64,000 nt of DNA from an uncultured Alphaproteobacteria bacterium (lineage in GTDB: Bacteria > Pseudomonadota > Alphaproteobacteria > Acetobacterales > Acetobacteraceae): positions 23,991-87,990 of the forward strand of contig CAWKMC010000063.1 of assembly GCA_963850535.1 (NCBI GenBank). Direction: 5' to 3'. The notes beneath the pieces were generated by a model, which worked only from the letters and a program-made list of their open reading frames with translations, made no database searches and was not told where the DNA came from. This document shows, piece by piece, positions 63,880 to 64,000 of the stretch (positions are counted from its first letter, which is position 1; every line of letters starts with the position of its first letter). A program made the translations under genes and the position numbers.

Positions 63880-64000
63880 CGGTTTCTCCCACTGCCGGTG
63901 GTTTGGTCCCGGCTTTGCAGGCATGCTGATGGGGGCCGATAGCGGCTGTCAAATCGAGAACAGAGGCAGGTGATTGAGCGATGACTTCTTCCTTCCAGTT

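Noticed and set aside
63981-64000. ATGACTTCTTCCTTCCAG at the right edge, which could be the start of a plus-strand gene divergent from the MFS transporter.
   Set aside because: Only six codons are visible, which is too little to evaluate.

Overview
This is a GC-rich (about 63-65% by eye) alphaproteobacterial chromosomal segment. Its gene content resembles Bradyrhizobiaceae, which is an inference from protein idioms only. From left to right: two family-5 ABC substrate-binding genes (one partial, one frameshifted), an MHS-type MFS transporter, and an intact branched-chain 2-oxoacid dehydrogenase operon (bkdA1-bkdA2-bkdB-lpdV). Next comes a five-gene Dpp/Opp-type ABC operon whose second ATPase is frameshifted, then a CmcJ/NvfI-like oxygenase and tRNA-Ser(GGA) at 16617-16706. 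Downstream of the tRNA, about 14 kb looks like a decayed genomic island. It holds a CBS protein, an OmpA-like fragment, a DUF4396 pseudogene, an ACP-like gene lacking the phosphopantetheine serine next to a KAS pseudogene, and tandem OmpA-family genes. It also holds an IS630 remnant, an intact serine recombinase with an orphan resolvase HTH fragment, an ORFan, and a multiply frameshifted tyrosine integrase. After a frameshifted porin come housekeeping-type genes: a TPR/GT9 protein, DUF6165, YggS, a GAF protein, MarR, Kup, HdeD and a UgpB-like binding protein. An aromatic-type trio (acyl-CoA ligase, LigB-type dioxygenase, SRAP peptidase) follows. The most interesting unit is a translationally coupled operon at 44364-47088 made of a sensor-less histidine kinase, a double-domain KaiC-family ATPase and a stand-alone receiver. 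It lies divergent from a SAM / class III cyclase / STAND P-loop / TPR giant that has an NLR-like architecture and is split by two frameshifts. The right end is an oxygenase-rich block: a GMC oxidoreductase, an LLM monooxygenase, an esterase, an FAD monooxygenase, a TPP enzyme, and a CYP153-like P450 with its ferredoxin and ferredoxin reductase, followed by a metallopeptidase and an MFS transporter. An unusually large share of otherwise conserved genes carry single-base frameshifts. This indicates either assembly indel errors or genuine pseudogenisation, and it needs read-level checking. I found no rRNA, no CRISPR array and no intact IS element.
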